DNA of 29,738 nucleotides from a virus. Its lineage: Duplodnaviria; Caudoviricetes. Each line of letters begins with the position of its first letter. The stretch's first letter is position 1. The translations under genes and the position numbers were made by a program. The stretch is from positions 1 to 29,738 of the IMG/VR virus record IMGVR_UViG_3300008110_000670. One strand, given 5' to 3'. The notes below the pieces were generated by a model that worked only from the letters and a program-made list of their open reading frames with translations, ran no database searches and had not been told where the DNA came from. This document shows positions 1-7,520 of this stretch, one piece after another.

Positions 1-1
1 A

Positions 2-355
2 GATTGGGAAGCATTGGGCGCAGGTCCAGATGCAGCCGCAGGTAAAATTTTTACTGCTTCAACTAACGGTGTTGGCTTAACTACTGATGGTTATGTTTAT
101 CCAATTGGTGTTTGCACATTAGTAAACGTAGCAGATGCAAGTTTGACAAGAAATCAAATGAACATTAACTTAAACAAAGCTAGTGGACCAGATGTGTTTG
201 CGGCTTATGTTACTGACCACTTTGCTGTTGACTTCACTGACAATGGTATAGATGAAAATCCAGGTACTAAGTATATTGCAACATTGGACGGTGCAAGTGG
301 CACACCGGACGATGCAACAGGCTTAATTTATGTAGCAGTTGATAACTATTGCTAA
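2..355 (+). CDS. 3' part of a hypothetical, probably virion structural protein (open at the window edge)
   Basis: Frame is open from base 2 (DWEALGAGPDAAAG...) to TAA at 353-355; the TTG at 14 is probably not the true start; Gly/Thr/Asp-rich composition. Confidence 0.6.
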   Translation, partial: DWEALGAGPDAAAGKIFTASTNGVGLTTDGYVYPIGVCTLVNVADASLTRNQMNINLNKASGPDVFAAYVTDHFAVDFTDNGIDENPGTKYIATLDGASGTPDDATGLIYVAVDNYC

Positions 356-372
356 TCAGTTTATACTGAGAC

Positions 373-399
373 AAAAAGCCGCTTCATGCGGCTTTTTTT
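373..399. terminator. Bidirectional intrinsic terminator between convergent genes
   Basis: AAAAAGCCGC-TTCAT-GCGGCTTTTTTT: GC stem with A-tract before and T-tract after; the Nudix stop codon lies in the loop. Confidence 0.88.
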
Positions 400-800
400 A
401 TGAGGTTTTGTAATTTAGTTTGAACCACATCAAAGTTGATTGTGTTAAACAATCCGGGATGTAATGGCTTTGGATAATGTTCACTATCTAACCATGCATA
501 ACCGCAATGCTCATCATTTAATATGGGTATAAATTCATTATCAGTTTTACAAAAAAATGTGTGGTACGTAAATGTGTTATTGATAAATTTTTGAATAGGG
601 ACTAGTTTAGCGTTTTTTGGGAAGTATGATATTTCTTCTGTGCATTCTCTTTCAATGCCTTCAAACAATGTTTCATCATTTTCTATTTTGCCACCAGGTA
701 TACCCCAATTACCCGGATTCTTATTATCGTTTCTTAGTAGAAATAAAAAACGTTGGGTATTAGAAGCGTAAAAGAAAATTCCCGCAGATGTATTATTCAT
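384..800 (-). CDS. Nudix hydrolase
   Basis: Nudix box GGKIENDETLFEGIERECTEEI, preceded by WGIP; N-terminal SAGIFF..FLFLLR strand. ATG at 800 preferred over 815 because 806-812 looks like the promoter. Confidence 0.9.
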   Translation of the reverse strand: MNNTSAGIFFYASNTQRFLFLLRNDNKNPGNWGIPGGKIENDETLFEGIERECTEEISYFPKNAKLVPIQKFINNTFTYHTFFCKTDNEFIPILNDEHCGYAWLDSEHYPKPLHPGLFNTINFDVVQTKLQNLIKKAA

Positions 801-820
801 ACTATGATTTATCATAGTAT
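799..820 (-). promoter_or_regulatory. Inverted repeat containing a late-promoter variant (ATAAATC) and overlapping the Nudix start codon
   Basis: ATACTATGAT-TT-ATCATAGTAT is a perfect 10-bp inverted repeat; minus strand reads ...ATAAATC-ATAGT-ATG. Confidence 0.55.
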
Positions 821-2190
821 TAGATGACTATAGAATAATCACCCTGGTCATACCAACCTTCATAACTCTTCATCCACATAGCTTCGGCGTAACGGTATTG
901 AATGTTTGTTGTTAAATTGGTTACATATTGTACATCGGTAAGTTGAGTACTGTCAAAACTTACTAACCAGTTAGAACCGTCATATTCAATTATATCATTA
1001 GCATTGGCTACTAGATTACCCCATGCAACTGCAGGTTCATCGTTGAGTATACTTCCAATACTTTCTACAATCAAATACCGTTGTCCTGCACTGGCTGCTG
1101 GTAGTCCTGAATCAGGGCCTTTAATCAAGGGATTAATGATACTATCTACAGGATCTAGTGTATTTTCAGGTAATGTATCTAGGTCAACATCAAATATCAA
1201 TAGTCTATCATCATTTGGATTGTATGCTATTGTACCCACAATCTCTGTTTCCATATATGGATTCTGTAACCAAATCTGACTTATACCGGGCTTTATAGTA
1301 CCGTAAGCATTTAACACACTCTTCCAATATAGGTCAGTAGACGGACTGTCAGGTAAATCAAGTGTAGTATTTCTAGGATAAAAATCTTGATTTGCCGGAA
1401 GTATTTGTAAACTATTTCCTATGTACAATATCTTATATCCATAAGGAGTAATTTTTTGTCTAGTTCCTAATAGCATATCATCGTCTTGCATATCGGTAAG
1501 AGCGTTGCCTTTGAAAATACTTGCAATGATTTTGTGAATAACACCTAGTTTCTTAATCTTAGCACTACTACTAATCCATACTGGCATATAAAATTTCCAA
1601 GTCATTACATCAATGGGATTACCTGTACCTTGCGGAATAGTTCTACTACTGAATGTTAATCCATCTTGGTATACAACACTTAGACTTGTCCAGTCAATAA
1701 AGTTATCTGTACTTTGTATTTCCATAGCAGGATTAAACAATACTCCTAACTGCTCAATCAATTCTAATTTCTGATTATAGTTAGTAGTCCAGAAGTCTAC
1801 AGTGACTCTTAATGTATAGGGTACAGGCATAATACGTTCAACCGTAAATGCTTGTCCTTGTGTTTGTTCATATTGCCCTGTTTGTGTATTGAATGTACGT
1901 TGTCTTACTGATAGCTTATCAATGAAGTATGGATCTTGTGTGCGTTTTTGGTCGTATTCTAGTCCAGTAATATAATATGTAATCAATGGTGCACTGGGTA
2001 AACTGCTAGGACTATTATTAGCAATAACAGTTGATACTTGTCTACTACTATCCCCGTACATTATAGGAACACGAATTAAAATTTCATTACCTGCAGGATC
2101 TTTTCCTTTTGTAACGTACCAGTCACTAAAGATTCTTGCAAATTGAACTAGGAACCTTCGTATTTGATTATCATAAAAAAACTTTGCCAT
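820..2190 (-). CDS. gp15: Tail completion / sheath stabiliser (T4 gp15-like) with C-terminal extension
   Basis: N-terminal FYDNQIRRFLVQFARIF..VPIMYG, MPVPYTL..T..QKLELIEQL..LFNP motifs typical of gp15-like tail terminators; adjacent to gp14-like gene. Confidence 0.72.
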   Translation of the reverse strand: MAKFFYDNQIRRFLVQFARIFSDWYVTKGKDPAGNEILIRVPIMYGDSSRQVSTVIANNSPSSLPSAPLITYYITGLEYDQKRTQDPYFIDKLSVRQRTFNTQTGQYEQTQGQAFTVERIMPVPYTLRVTVDFWTTNYNQKLELIEQLGVLFNPAMEIQSTDNFIDWTSLSVVYQDGLTFSSRTIPQGTGNPIDVMTWKFYMPVWISSSAKIKKLGVIHKIIASIFKGNALTDMQDDDMLLGTRQKITPYGYKILYIGNSLQILPANQDFYPRNTTLDLPDSPSTDLYWKSVLNAYGTIKPGISQIWLQNPYMETEIVGTIAYNPNDDRLLIFDVDLDTLPENTLDPVDSIINPLIKGPDSGLPAASAGQRYLIVESIGSILNDEPAVAWGNLVANANDIIEYDGSNWLVSFDSTQLTDVQYVTNLTTNIQYRYAEAMWMKSYEGWYDQGDYSIVI

Positions 2191-2198
2191 TTTGTGCC

Positions 2199-3965
2199 TT
2201 AATCGGGTTGAATTGTTAATAACGTAGAGAGCGGTTGTTGTTGTGGTATAACCGTACCATCTGTTAATGTAGTTGTTTGTGTATTGTTGATGAATGACCC
2301 GAACAACGTTTGGTCGGATGATGTAACATCCCCTTCAGCACGTACATTTTGGCTGATTCTAATCCATAGTGAACCGTCCCAACGATACAATAATTGTGGT
2401 AGATAATCTGTGCGTAAGAAATAATCACCTAAGCTAGGATTAACAGGGAATGTTATTCCAGAACCAACTGGTAATCCGTTTGGTGCAGTACCATCACCTA
2501 TCATATACCCATCTGTATAGCCAAATCCTTGTGGACTACTACGTGCAATGAATTGGAATCTAGGATCACAATCAGCACGGAAATCCATTTCCTGAGATAC
2601 TGTATATTGGAAACTTGCACCTACTGTTATTGCGGTACCTGCAGGCATTTTGGCTATTGTGGGGTTATTAATTATAAATGTATTATTAACATAGTCAACT
2701 GAGACTACTCTTGTATCAAAATCAAACACAGGTATTATCGTACCGTTAGGTGATGTTACGGTAGCAGTAACATCTATCTCTGCTACTAAATCTTTAGTAA
2801 CGTCCTGCACACTAATTTCAGTTGTGCCAATCGGAACCTCAAGAGAAGTAATTTCAAAGCTAGGGAAGTTGTCTGCTGTTGAATAGGTGTTATCTGAAGT
2901 GCCGTATGGTCCTGTAATTGGACCTACTGCCTTAGCAGTTAATACTAATGTTCCATCAACTTGTCCGGAGTTAGCATCAGTTCTTTCTGGATTTAGTTTA
3001 GCAGTCTGCAAACTTAATGTCATTAATTCTCGCAACTTGTCTGCATCATCATGTGAGAGTGACCATAACTTTTTAAGTGTGGCTGCACCAATTTTAATAA
3101 CTGGACTTGGATTTGCATATCTTGCACTACTCATAAATACTACCACTGAACTAGGAACAGGTGGTCCGTTCGGTATAATAATATTGACTGGTGGTGCAGG
3201 CTGTCCATCAAACGTTGGATTAACATATAGTTGACTACGGTCATAACCTGTCTTGGGAACTAGTCTCGCTGCCTCTGCAATTGCCGCATCATTGATTGCT
3301 ATGTTTTTATTATATCTTCCTATGATATCACGTAAGTTATCAGCGGTGTCAAGTTGCCAGTATAAAGGATCAGTTGGTGCTATACCAGCTGGTACATTTT
3401 GTATAGGTGTATATGTCTTATCTCCGTATGTAACCGTATATCCTGTAACGTATGCTTTAGTAGGATCCCATCCTTCGCTAGCAAAGTTACCATCAGTTAT
3501 TTGATAATATCTACGCAATCCAATTGGAATAGCCTCATTTAATGGGTGATAATCTGTTAAGTGAGGTAACTCTAATACGTCCCCTACCATTAACTTGCGA
3601 CCTATTAGTTCTATCATGTCATTATAATGCACTGTCACAAAAACAATGTCATTATTAAGAAACAATCCAAACTGACTTAGGTCAAAGTCTAAATTTTGTA
3701 CGTTATAGTGACCACGCAATCTATAGATGGTGGTATCATATTTTCTGTCACGGTTCTCTAAGAACAACAAATCTTGTATATTTGTCGGATCCAGAGTATT
3801 ATATTGTGGTTGAGTCAAGTCGGTACTAGCGCCCTGATTAGGTATTCCTAAATACTTGTGTATGTATAAATCTGTACCCCCAACAACAAACATCTCCTTG
3901 ATGGTTCTATCAAGGAATTTGAAATCTTTTGATTTTTCTGGACGATATAATGAAAGTCTTGGCAT
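2199..3965 (-). CDS. gp14: Neck / head-closure protein (T4 gp14-like) with carbohydrate-binding-like module and long C-terminal extension
   Basis: IQDLLFLENRDRKYD, DLSQFGLFL, GDVLELPHL motifs; WDPTKAY..G.TVTYGDKTY...P.G..PT...YWQ resembles a CBM5/12-type repeat; possible internal deletion near 3470. Confidence 0.65.
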   Translation of the reverse strand: MPRLSLYRPEKSKDFKFLDRTIKEMFVVGGTDLYIHKYLGIPNQGASTDLTQPQYNTLDPTNIQDLLFLENRDRKYDTTIYRLRGHYNVQNLDFDLSQFGLFLNNDIVFVTVHYNDMIELIGRKLMVGDVLELPHLTDYHPLNEAIPIGLRRYYQITDGNFASEGWDPTKAYVTGYTVTYGDKTYTPIQNVPAGIAPTDPLYWQLDTADNLRDIIGRYNKNIAINDAAIAEAARLVPKTGYDRSQLYVNPTFDGQPAPPVNIIIPNGPPVPSSVVVFMSSARYANPSPVIKIGAATLKKLWSLSHDDADKLRELMTLSLQTAKLNPERTDANSGQVDGTLVLTAKAVGPITGPYGTSDNTYSTADNFPSFEITSLEVPIGTTEISVQDVTKDLVAEIDVTATVTSPNGTIIPVFDFDTRVVSVDYVNNTFIINNPTIAKMPAGTAITVGASFQYTVSQEMDFRADCDPRFQFIARSSPQGFGYTDGYMIGDGTAPNGLPVGSGITFPVNPSLGDYFLRTDYLPQLLYRWDGSLWIRISQNVRAEGDVTSSDQTLFGSFINNTQTTTLTDGTVIPQQQPLSTLLTIQPD

Positions 3966-3985
3966 ATTGTGATCCGTTTACTTAG

Positions 3986-3992
3986 TATTTAT
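3986..3992 (-). promoter_or_regulatory. T4-late-like promoter motif ATAAATA for the gp14-gp15 operon
   Basis: Minus strand AATAAATACTAAG about 20 nt upstream of the ATG at 3965; same motif recurs before many structural genes. Confidence 0.7.
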
Positions 3993-4015
3993 TACAAAAG
4001 TATTACCTCTGTAGG

Positions 4016-4044
4016 TTGACAACAATTGGAAAATCATATATAAT
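4016..4044 (+). promoter_or_regulatory. Perfect consensus sigma70 (early) promoter
   Basis: TTGACA (4016-4021), 17-nt spacer, TATAAT (4039-4044); AGGAG RBS at 4060-4064 then ATG at 4070. Confidence 0.92.
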
Positions 4045-4069
4045 AATATCATTATTAACAGGAGCAACC

Positions 4070-5227
4070 ATGGCAATACGCAAACCCAAAGCAACATCAG
4101 ACCACTTTATTAAAGCATTGAACCCTAGGGATGCTGATACAAAATATATGGGTGAAGAACCTTATTTCCCGTTGCAACCTGATGCTGATGGTCGTAAACT
4201 TGCATTGACTAATAGCTTTACTTGGTACAATAGGTTCTATGGTAAAAAAGATGCCAAAGAACTATTGTGTCAATATTTAGATAGCCATGACCGAACCGCT
4301 GATGCCAAATATTTGCGTAGGGTGCATGAATCTGAATTCATTATGACATTGTGCTGGTTAGCACGTATGACTTTGCGTGGTTTGGAGTTAAATGACCATG
4401 AAGAACTAACCCTACAAAATGAAATCAGTAGGTTGCTAAAATTAGTCCACAAGCCGGAATTAGTTGAGAAAGAAAAAGAGCCTAGTAATCGTCCCAATGT
4501 GCAGGAGATTATGCGTGAAAAAGCATTAGAAGCCGCTGGCGAACTTGAATCTATTTTTGATGAATGGATTACTGACATCAAGGTGACACAAAAAACAGTT
4601 GACATTGTTGCTAAGTTTAATGTCATGCCACAACATATCCCGTTGATTGTCGATATTTGGAAACGCAAGCAACAAGAGTTTGAACAAGTCTCAGAAGGAC
4701 AGGATGAACAATTGAATGAAGCCTATAGTTATCTAGGCAAAGTTAAATTGCGTAACACACTTAAATTTATTGAGCAAGTATTAAGTGACTTGAACAGTTA
4801 CATTTCAATTAAGAAAGCAAGCAAAGCACCTCGCAAACGCAAAGCGGTTCCTGTTGAGAAGATTGTCGCTAAACTCAAGTATTTGAAGGAACACAAAGAT
4901 CCTGTTAACAAACTTGACTTGATTAGTGTGCATCCAACTAAACTTCACGGCGCCAGTGAGGCATGGGTCTATGATACTGCAAAACGTAAGATGCATCATT
5001 ATATTGCTGACGAGTATTCAAAAGCATTTACTGTTAAGGGTAATACGATTCTTGGATTTGACAACACCGCAAGTGAAATCAAAACACTACGCAAGCCCGG
5101 TGAACAGATTAAAGAAATTATGGGTAGCAAGCCAGCCGCACGTAAATACTTTAAAGACATTAAAGCAGTAGCTACTACTCCTAATGGTCGCTTTAATGAG
5201 AATATGGTTATATTGAAGGCTTTTTAA
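4070..5227 (+). CDS. Hypothetical early protein (385 aa, helical N-terminus, basic C-terminal domain)
   Basis: Long ORF; start reassigned from TTG 4016 (which is the -35 box) to ATG 4070 with AGGAG RBS. Confidence 0.8.
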   Translation: MAIRKPKATSDHFIKALNPRDADTKYMGEEPYFPLQPDADGRKLALTNSFTWYNRFYGKKDAKELLCQYLDSHDRTADAKYLRRVHESEFIMTLCWLARMTLRGLELNDHEELTLQNEISRLLKLVHKPELVEKEKEPSNRPNVQEIMREKALEAAGELESIFDEWITDIKVTQKTVDIVAKFNVMPQHIPLIVDIWKRKQQEFEQVSEGQDEQLNEAYSYLGKVKLRNTLKFIEQVLSDLNSYISIKKASKAPRKRKAVPVEKIVAKLKYLKEHKDPVNKLDLISVHPTKLHGASEAWVYDTAKRKMHHYIADEYSKAFTVKGNTILGFDNTASEIKTLRKPGEQIKEIMGSKPAARKYFKDIKAVATTPNGRFNENMVILKAF

Positions 5228-5409
5228 TGAGTATAGAAAAACGAATGTTAGAAATGATGGAACCAATTGACAAGTCCATCCAATTAACTGACAATGATGA
5301 GGATATGCTAATGTTAGCCTGTGCAATGATGCAACGTGTCAAAGAGATATTTGACAATCAAATTGGAGTAGAAGGTAGAAAAACAATGTTTAAGGAATTA
5401 TTAAAATGA
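5227..5409 (+). CDS. Small hypothetical protein
   Basis: TAATG coupling to the upstream gene and ATGA overlap with the downstream gene. Confidence 0.7.
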   Translation: MSIEKRMLEMMEPIDKSIQLTDNDEDMLMLACAMMQRVKEIFDNQIGVEGRKTMFKELLK

Positions 5410-5849
5410 GTGAGAAGAATGTAGATTTAACTAAGTACATGGAATTTGTTGAGGCTGTAACTAGCGAACCTAGCAATGACCTCACAACCTTCATGGATCG
5501 TTGTGACGAATTGGACGGTAACTTTGATTTAGCAACACAAAAACATGGTCCTGATATCAATGTACCTCTATTGTTGACAGCATGTTTAGGATTAGCAGCC
5601 GAATCAGGTGAATTTATTGAGATACCTAAAAAGATTTTCTTTCAAGGTAAACACCTATCCGACGAAAATCTCTTTCACATGAAACGTGAATTGGGTGATA
5701 TCATGTGGTACTGGATTAACGCTTGCAGGGCACTTCGCCTAGACCCCAATGAAGTCATTGCTGAGAATGTAAAGAAACTAGAAAGCCGCTATCCCGGTGG
5801 TTCTTTTAATGTTCATAATAGTGAAAATCGCAAAGCAGGCGATTTGTAA
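5406..5849 (+). CDS. mazG: MazG-like NTP pyrophosphohydrolase
   Basis: All-alpha NTP-PPase motif GLAAESGEFIEIPKK...ELGDIMWY...N..KL..RYP. Confidence 0.88.
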   Translation: MSEKNVDLTKYMEFVEAVTSEPSNDLTTFMDRCDELDGNFDLATQKHGPDINVPLLLTACLGLAAESGEFIEIPKKIFFQGKHLSDENLFHMKRELGDIMWYWINACRALRLDPNEVIAENVKKLESRYPGGSFNVHNSENRKAGDL

Positions 5850-5857
5850 GATGAACG

Positions 5858-5888
5858 GTTCTCCAGATAAATACAATATCTGGAGAAC
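5858..5888 (+). promoter_or_regulatory. RBS-sequestering hairpin with embedded late promoter (ATAAATA 5867-5873)
   Basis: GTTCTCCAGATA-AATACAA-TATCTGGAGAAC, perfect 12-bp stem; GGAG RBS in the 3' arm; ATG at 5892. Confidence 0.82.
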
Positions 5889-5891
5889 AAT

Positions 5892-6515
5892 ATGGCAGGT
5901 CTTACCTTAGACGAATTAAAAGAAGAATTATTTAGAAGCCTACGACTACGTTTGGGAGACGGTATTGTAGATGTTGAATTGGATCCTGAACACTATGAAG
6001 CCGCATATCAATATGCAGTAAAGATATATCGCCAAAGGGCACAGAATTCTACGCAGGAGTCATACACACTTCTAAAGATGGAAAAGAATCAAAATGTCTA
6101 TACATTACCTAGCGAATTCATTAATGTGCGACAACTTTTCCGAAGAACAGTTGGTTTAGAAACAGGTCCTTCTGCTAGTAGTTTTGATCCATTTTCTAGT
6201 GCGATTCTTAATACATATTTGCTTAACTACAACTATGCAGGTGGTTTAGCAACATACGATTTTTATGCTCAATATATTGAATTAGCCGCACGTATGTTTG
6301 GTGGTTATGTCATATATACCTTCAACCCTGTAACAAAGGAATTGCGTATTGTTCGTGACCCTAAGGGTAGTGGAGAACAAGTATTAATTTGGGCAGACAT
6401 ATTAAGACCAGAACAACAGTTATTACAAGATCCGGGTGCAGGCATTTGGATTGGTGATTGGACACTTAGCCAATTAAAATTAAGCAAATTATCTCACTAC
6501 ATTTCATGGATATAA
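5892..6515 (+). CDS. gp13: Neck / head-tail adaptor protein (T4 gp13-like), C-terminus apparently truncated near 6483
   Basis: LRLGDGIVDVELDPEHY, YTLPSEFINVRQLF, WIGDWTLSQLK; the expected G..R.KF...PGG..LNG tail is absent and the last residues derive from the kinase sequence read out of frame. Confidence 0.78.
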   Translation: MAGLTLDELKEELFRSLRLRLGDGIVDVELDPEHYEAAYQYAVKIYRQRAQNSTQESYTLLKMEKNQNVYTLPSEFINVRQLFRRTVGLETGPSASSFDPFSSAILNTYLLNYNYAGGLATYDFYAQYIELAARMFGGYVIYTFNPVTKELRIVRDPKGSGEQVLIWADILRPEQQLLQDPGAGIWIGDWTLSQLKLSKLSHYISWI

Positions 6516-7071
6516 ACGAATTAGTTTTGCAGGCACATTAAAAGATTCAGTAGCCGCAGTCTTTGGTTGGGACCGCGATATGCTTGAGGGCACTACAAAA
6601 TCTAGCAGAGAATGGCGTGAGCAATTAGACCTGTGGTGGAGTGAACGATTAGGTATTCCTGAACTTACCCCTAGGTGGGTACTACAACAGTGGGGTACTG
6701 AGGTATGTCGTGAAGGCTTTCATAATGACATCTGGGTAGCAAGCGTAGAAAATCAACTTCGCAAGGCAAAAGACAATATTGTAATCACTGACTGTCGTTT
6801 TACTAACGAAATTGAGGCTATCAAAAATGCAGGCGGAATAACTATTCGTGTTGAGAGGGGTGAAAAACCCGAGTGGTACGACTCAGCAATTGCATACAAT
6901 CGTGGTCCAAATAGTAATAGTCTATGGTCTATTAGCAAATCTAAGTTAGATAGACTTAAAATTCATGCCAGTGAATATAGTAGTGTAGGTCTACAACATG
7001 ATTATTATCTAAATAATAATTCTACTATAGATGATTTACATACGCAAGTTGAATCAATAATCAACCTGTAA
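6484..7071 (+). CDS. Deoxynucleoside monophosphate kinase (T4 gp1-like), 5'-truncated, P-loop missing
   Basis: Frame reads ANYLTTFHGYKRISFAGTLKDSVAAVFGWDRDMLEG...TPRWVLQQWGTEVCR...VITDCRF.NE...HASE from 6484, immediately after an in-frame TAA; no GxxGxGK or start codon upstream. Confidence 0.82.
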   Translation, partial: ANYLTTFHGYKRISFAGTLKDSVAAVFGWDRDMLEGTTKSSREWREQLDLWWSERLGIPELTPRWVLQQWGTEVCREGFHNDIWVASVENQLRKAKDNIVITDCRFTNEIEAIKNAGGITIRVERGEKPEWYDSAIAYNRGPNSNSLWSISKSKLDRLKIHASEYSSVGLQHDYYLNNNSTIDDLHTQVESIINL

Positions 7072-7401
7072 ATCTCCCCGACGCCAAGTAACTTCTTTGC
7101 GTTTTATTACCTCTACACAATTTAAACAGATTGTTCTTAGATTAATATAATCGTTGTTTTTTAAGTCTCCGTCAATATGATATACTGTCATTTGACTGGG
7201 GTACGAACTTTTAAACCCGCATACATCACATGTGGGTTTTTTCTTATATCCTGTTTTCTGCCAATTAGGTACTCTAGGTTTTTTCTTAGTTTTCTTGCTG
7301 CCGCATTCATCACATATGCTTCTATAATATATTTTATCATTGCGATGATAATTGACGGCACATAAATTTTTATTACATTCTTTACAGATAGGACGTTTCA
7401 T
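7054..7401 (-). CDS. Zinc-finger HNH-like protein, possibly catalytically degenerate
   Basis: CKEC, CDEC, CDVC, CLNC pairs; VYHIDGDLKNNDYINLRTICLNC resembles the HNH motif. Confidence 0.75.
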   Translation of the reverse strand: MKRPICKECNKNLCAVNYHRNDKIYYRSICDECGSKKTKKKPRVPNWQKTGYKKKPTCDVCGFKSSYPSQMTVYHIDGDLKNNDYINLRTICLNCVEVIKRKEVTWRRGDLQVDY

Positions 7402-7405
7402 CTAG

Positions 7406-7467
7406 TATTTACATAAAAACCTTTAAAGGTATGGTTATATGGTGTTTTTTAATATTTTCGCTAAATA
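7406..7467. promoter_or_regulatory. Divergent late-promoter pair with central palindrome
   Basis: GTAAATA on minus strand (7412-7406) 4 nt before the HNH ATG; CTAAATA on plus strand (7461-7467) before the sheath gene; ACCTTTAAAGGT palindrome at 7419-7430. Confidence 0.6.
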
Positions 7468-7520
7468 TTAATACGATTAGGGCGTTAACCCTCAAAATCA
7501 TAACATAAAGGAAATTTAAC

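Noticed and set aside
1004-3504. Plus-strand ORFs at 1004, 2887 and 3253, and similar short overlapping ORFs throughout the window
   Set aside because: Fully nested within well-supported genes on the other strand or frame, with no independent signals
4016-4069. TTG start giving a 403-aa protein
   Set aside because: The TTG is the -35 box of a consensus promoter; ATG 4070 has an AGGAG RBS
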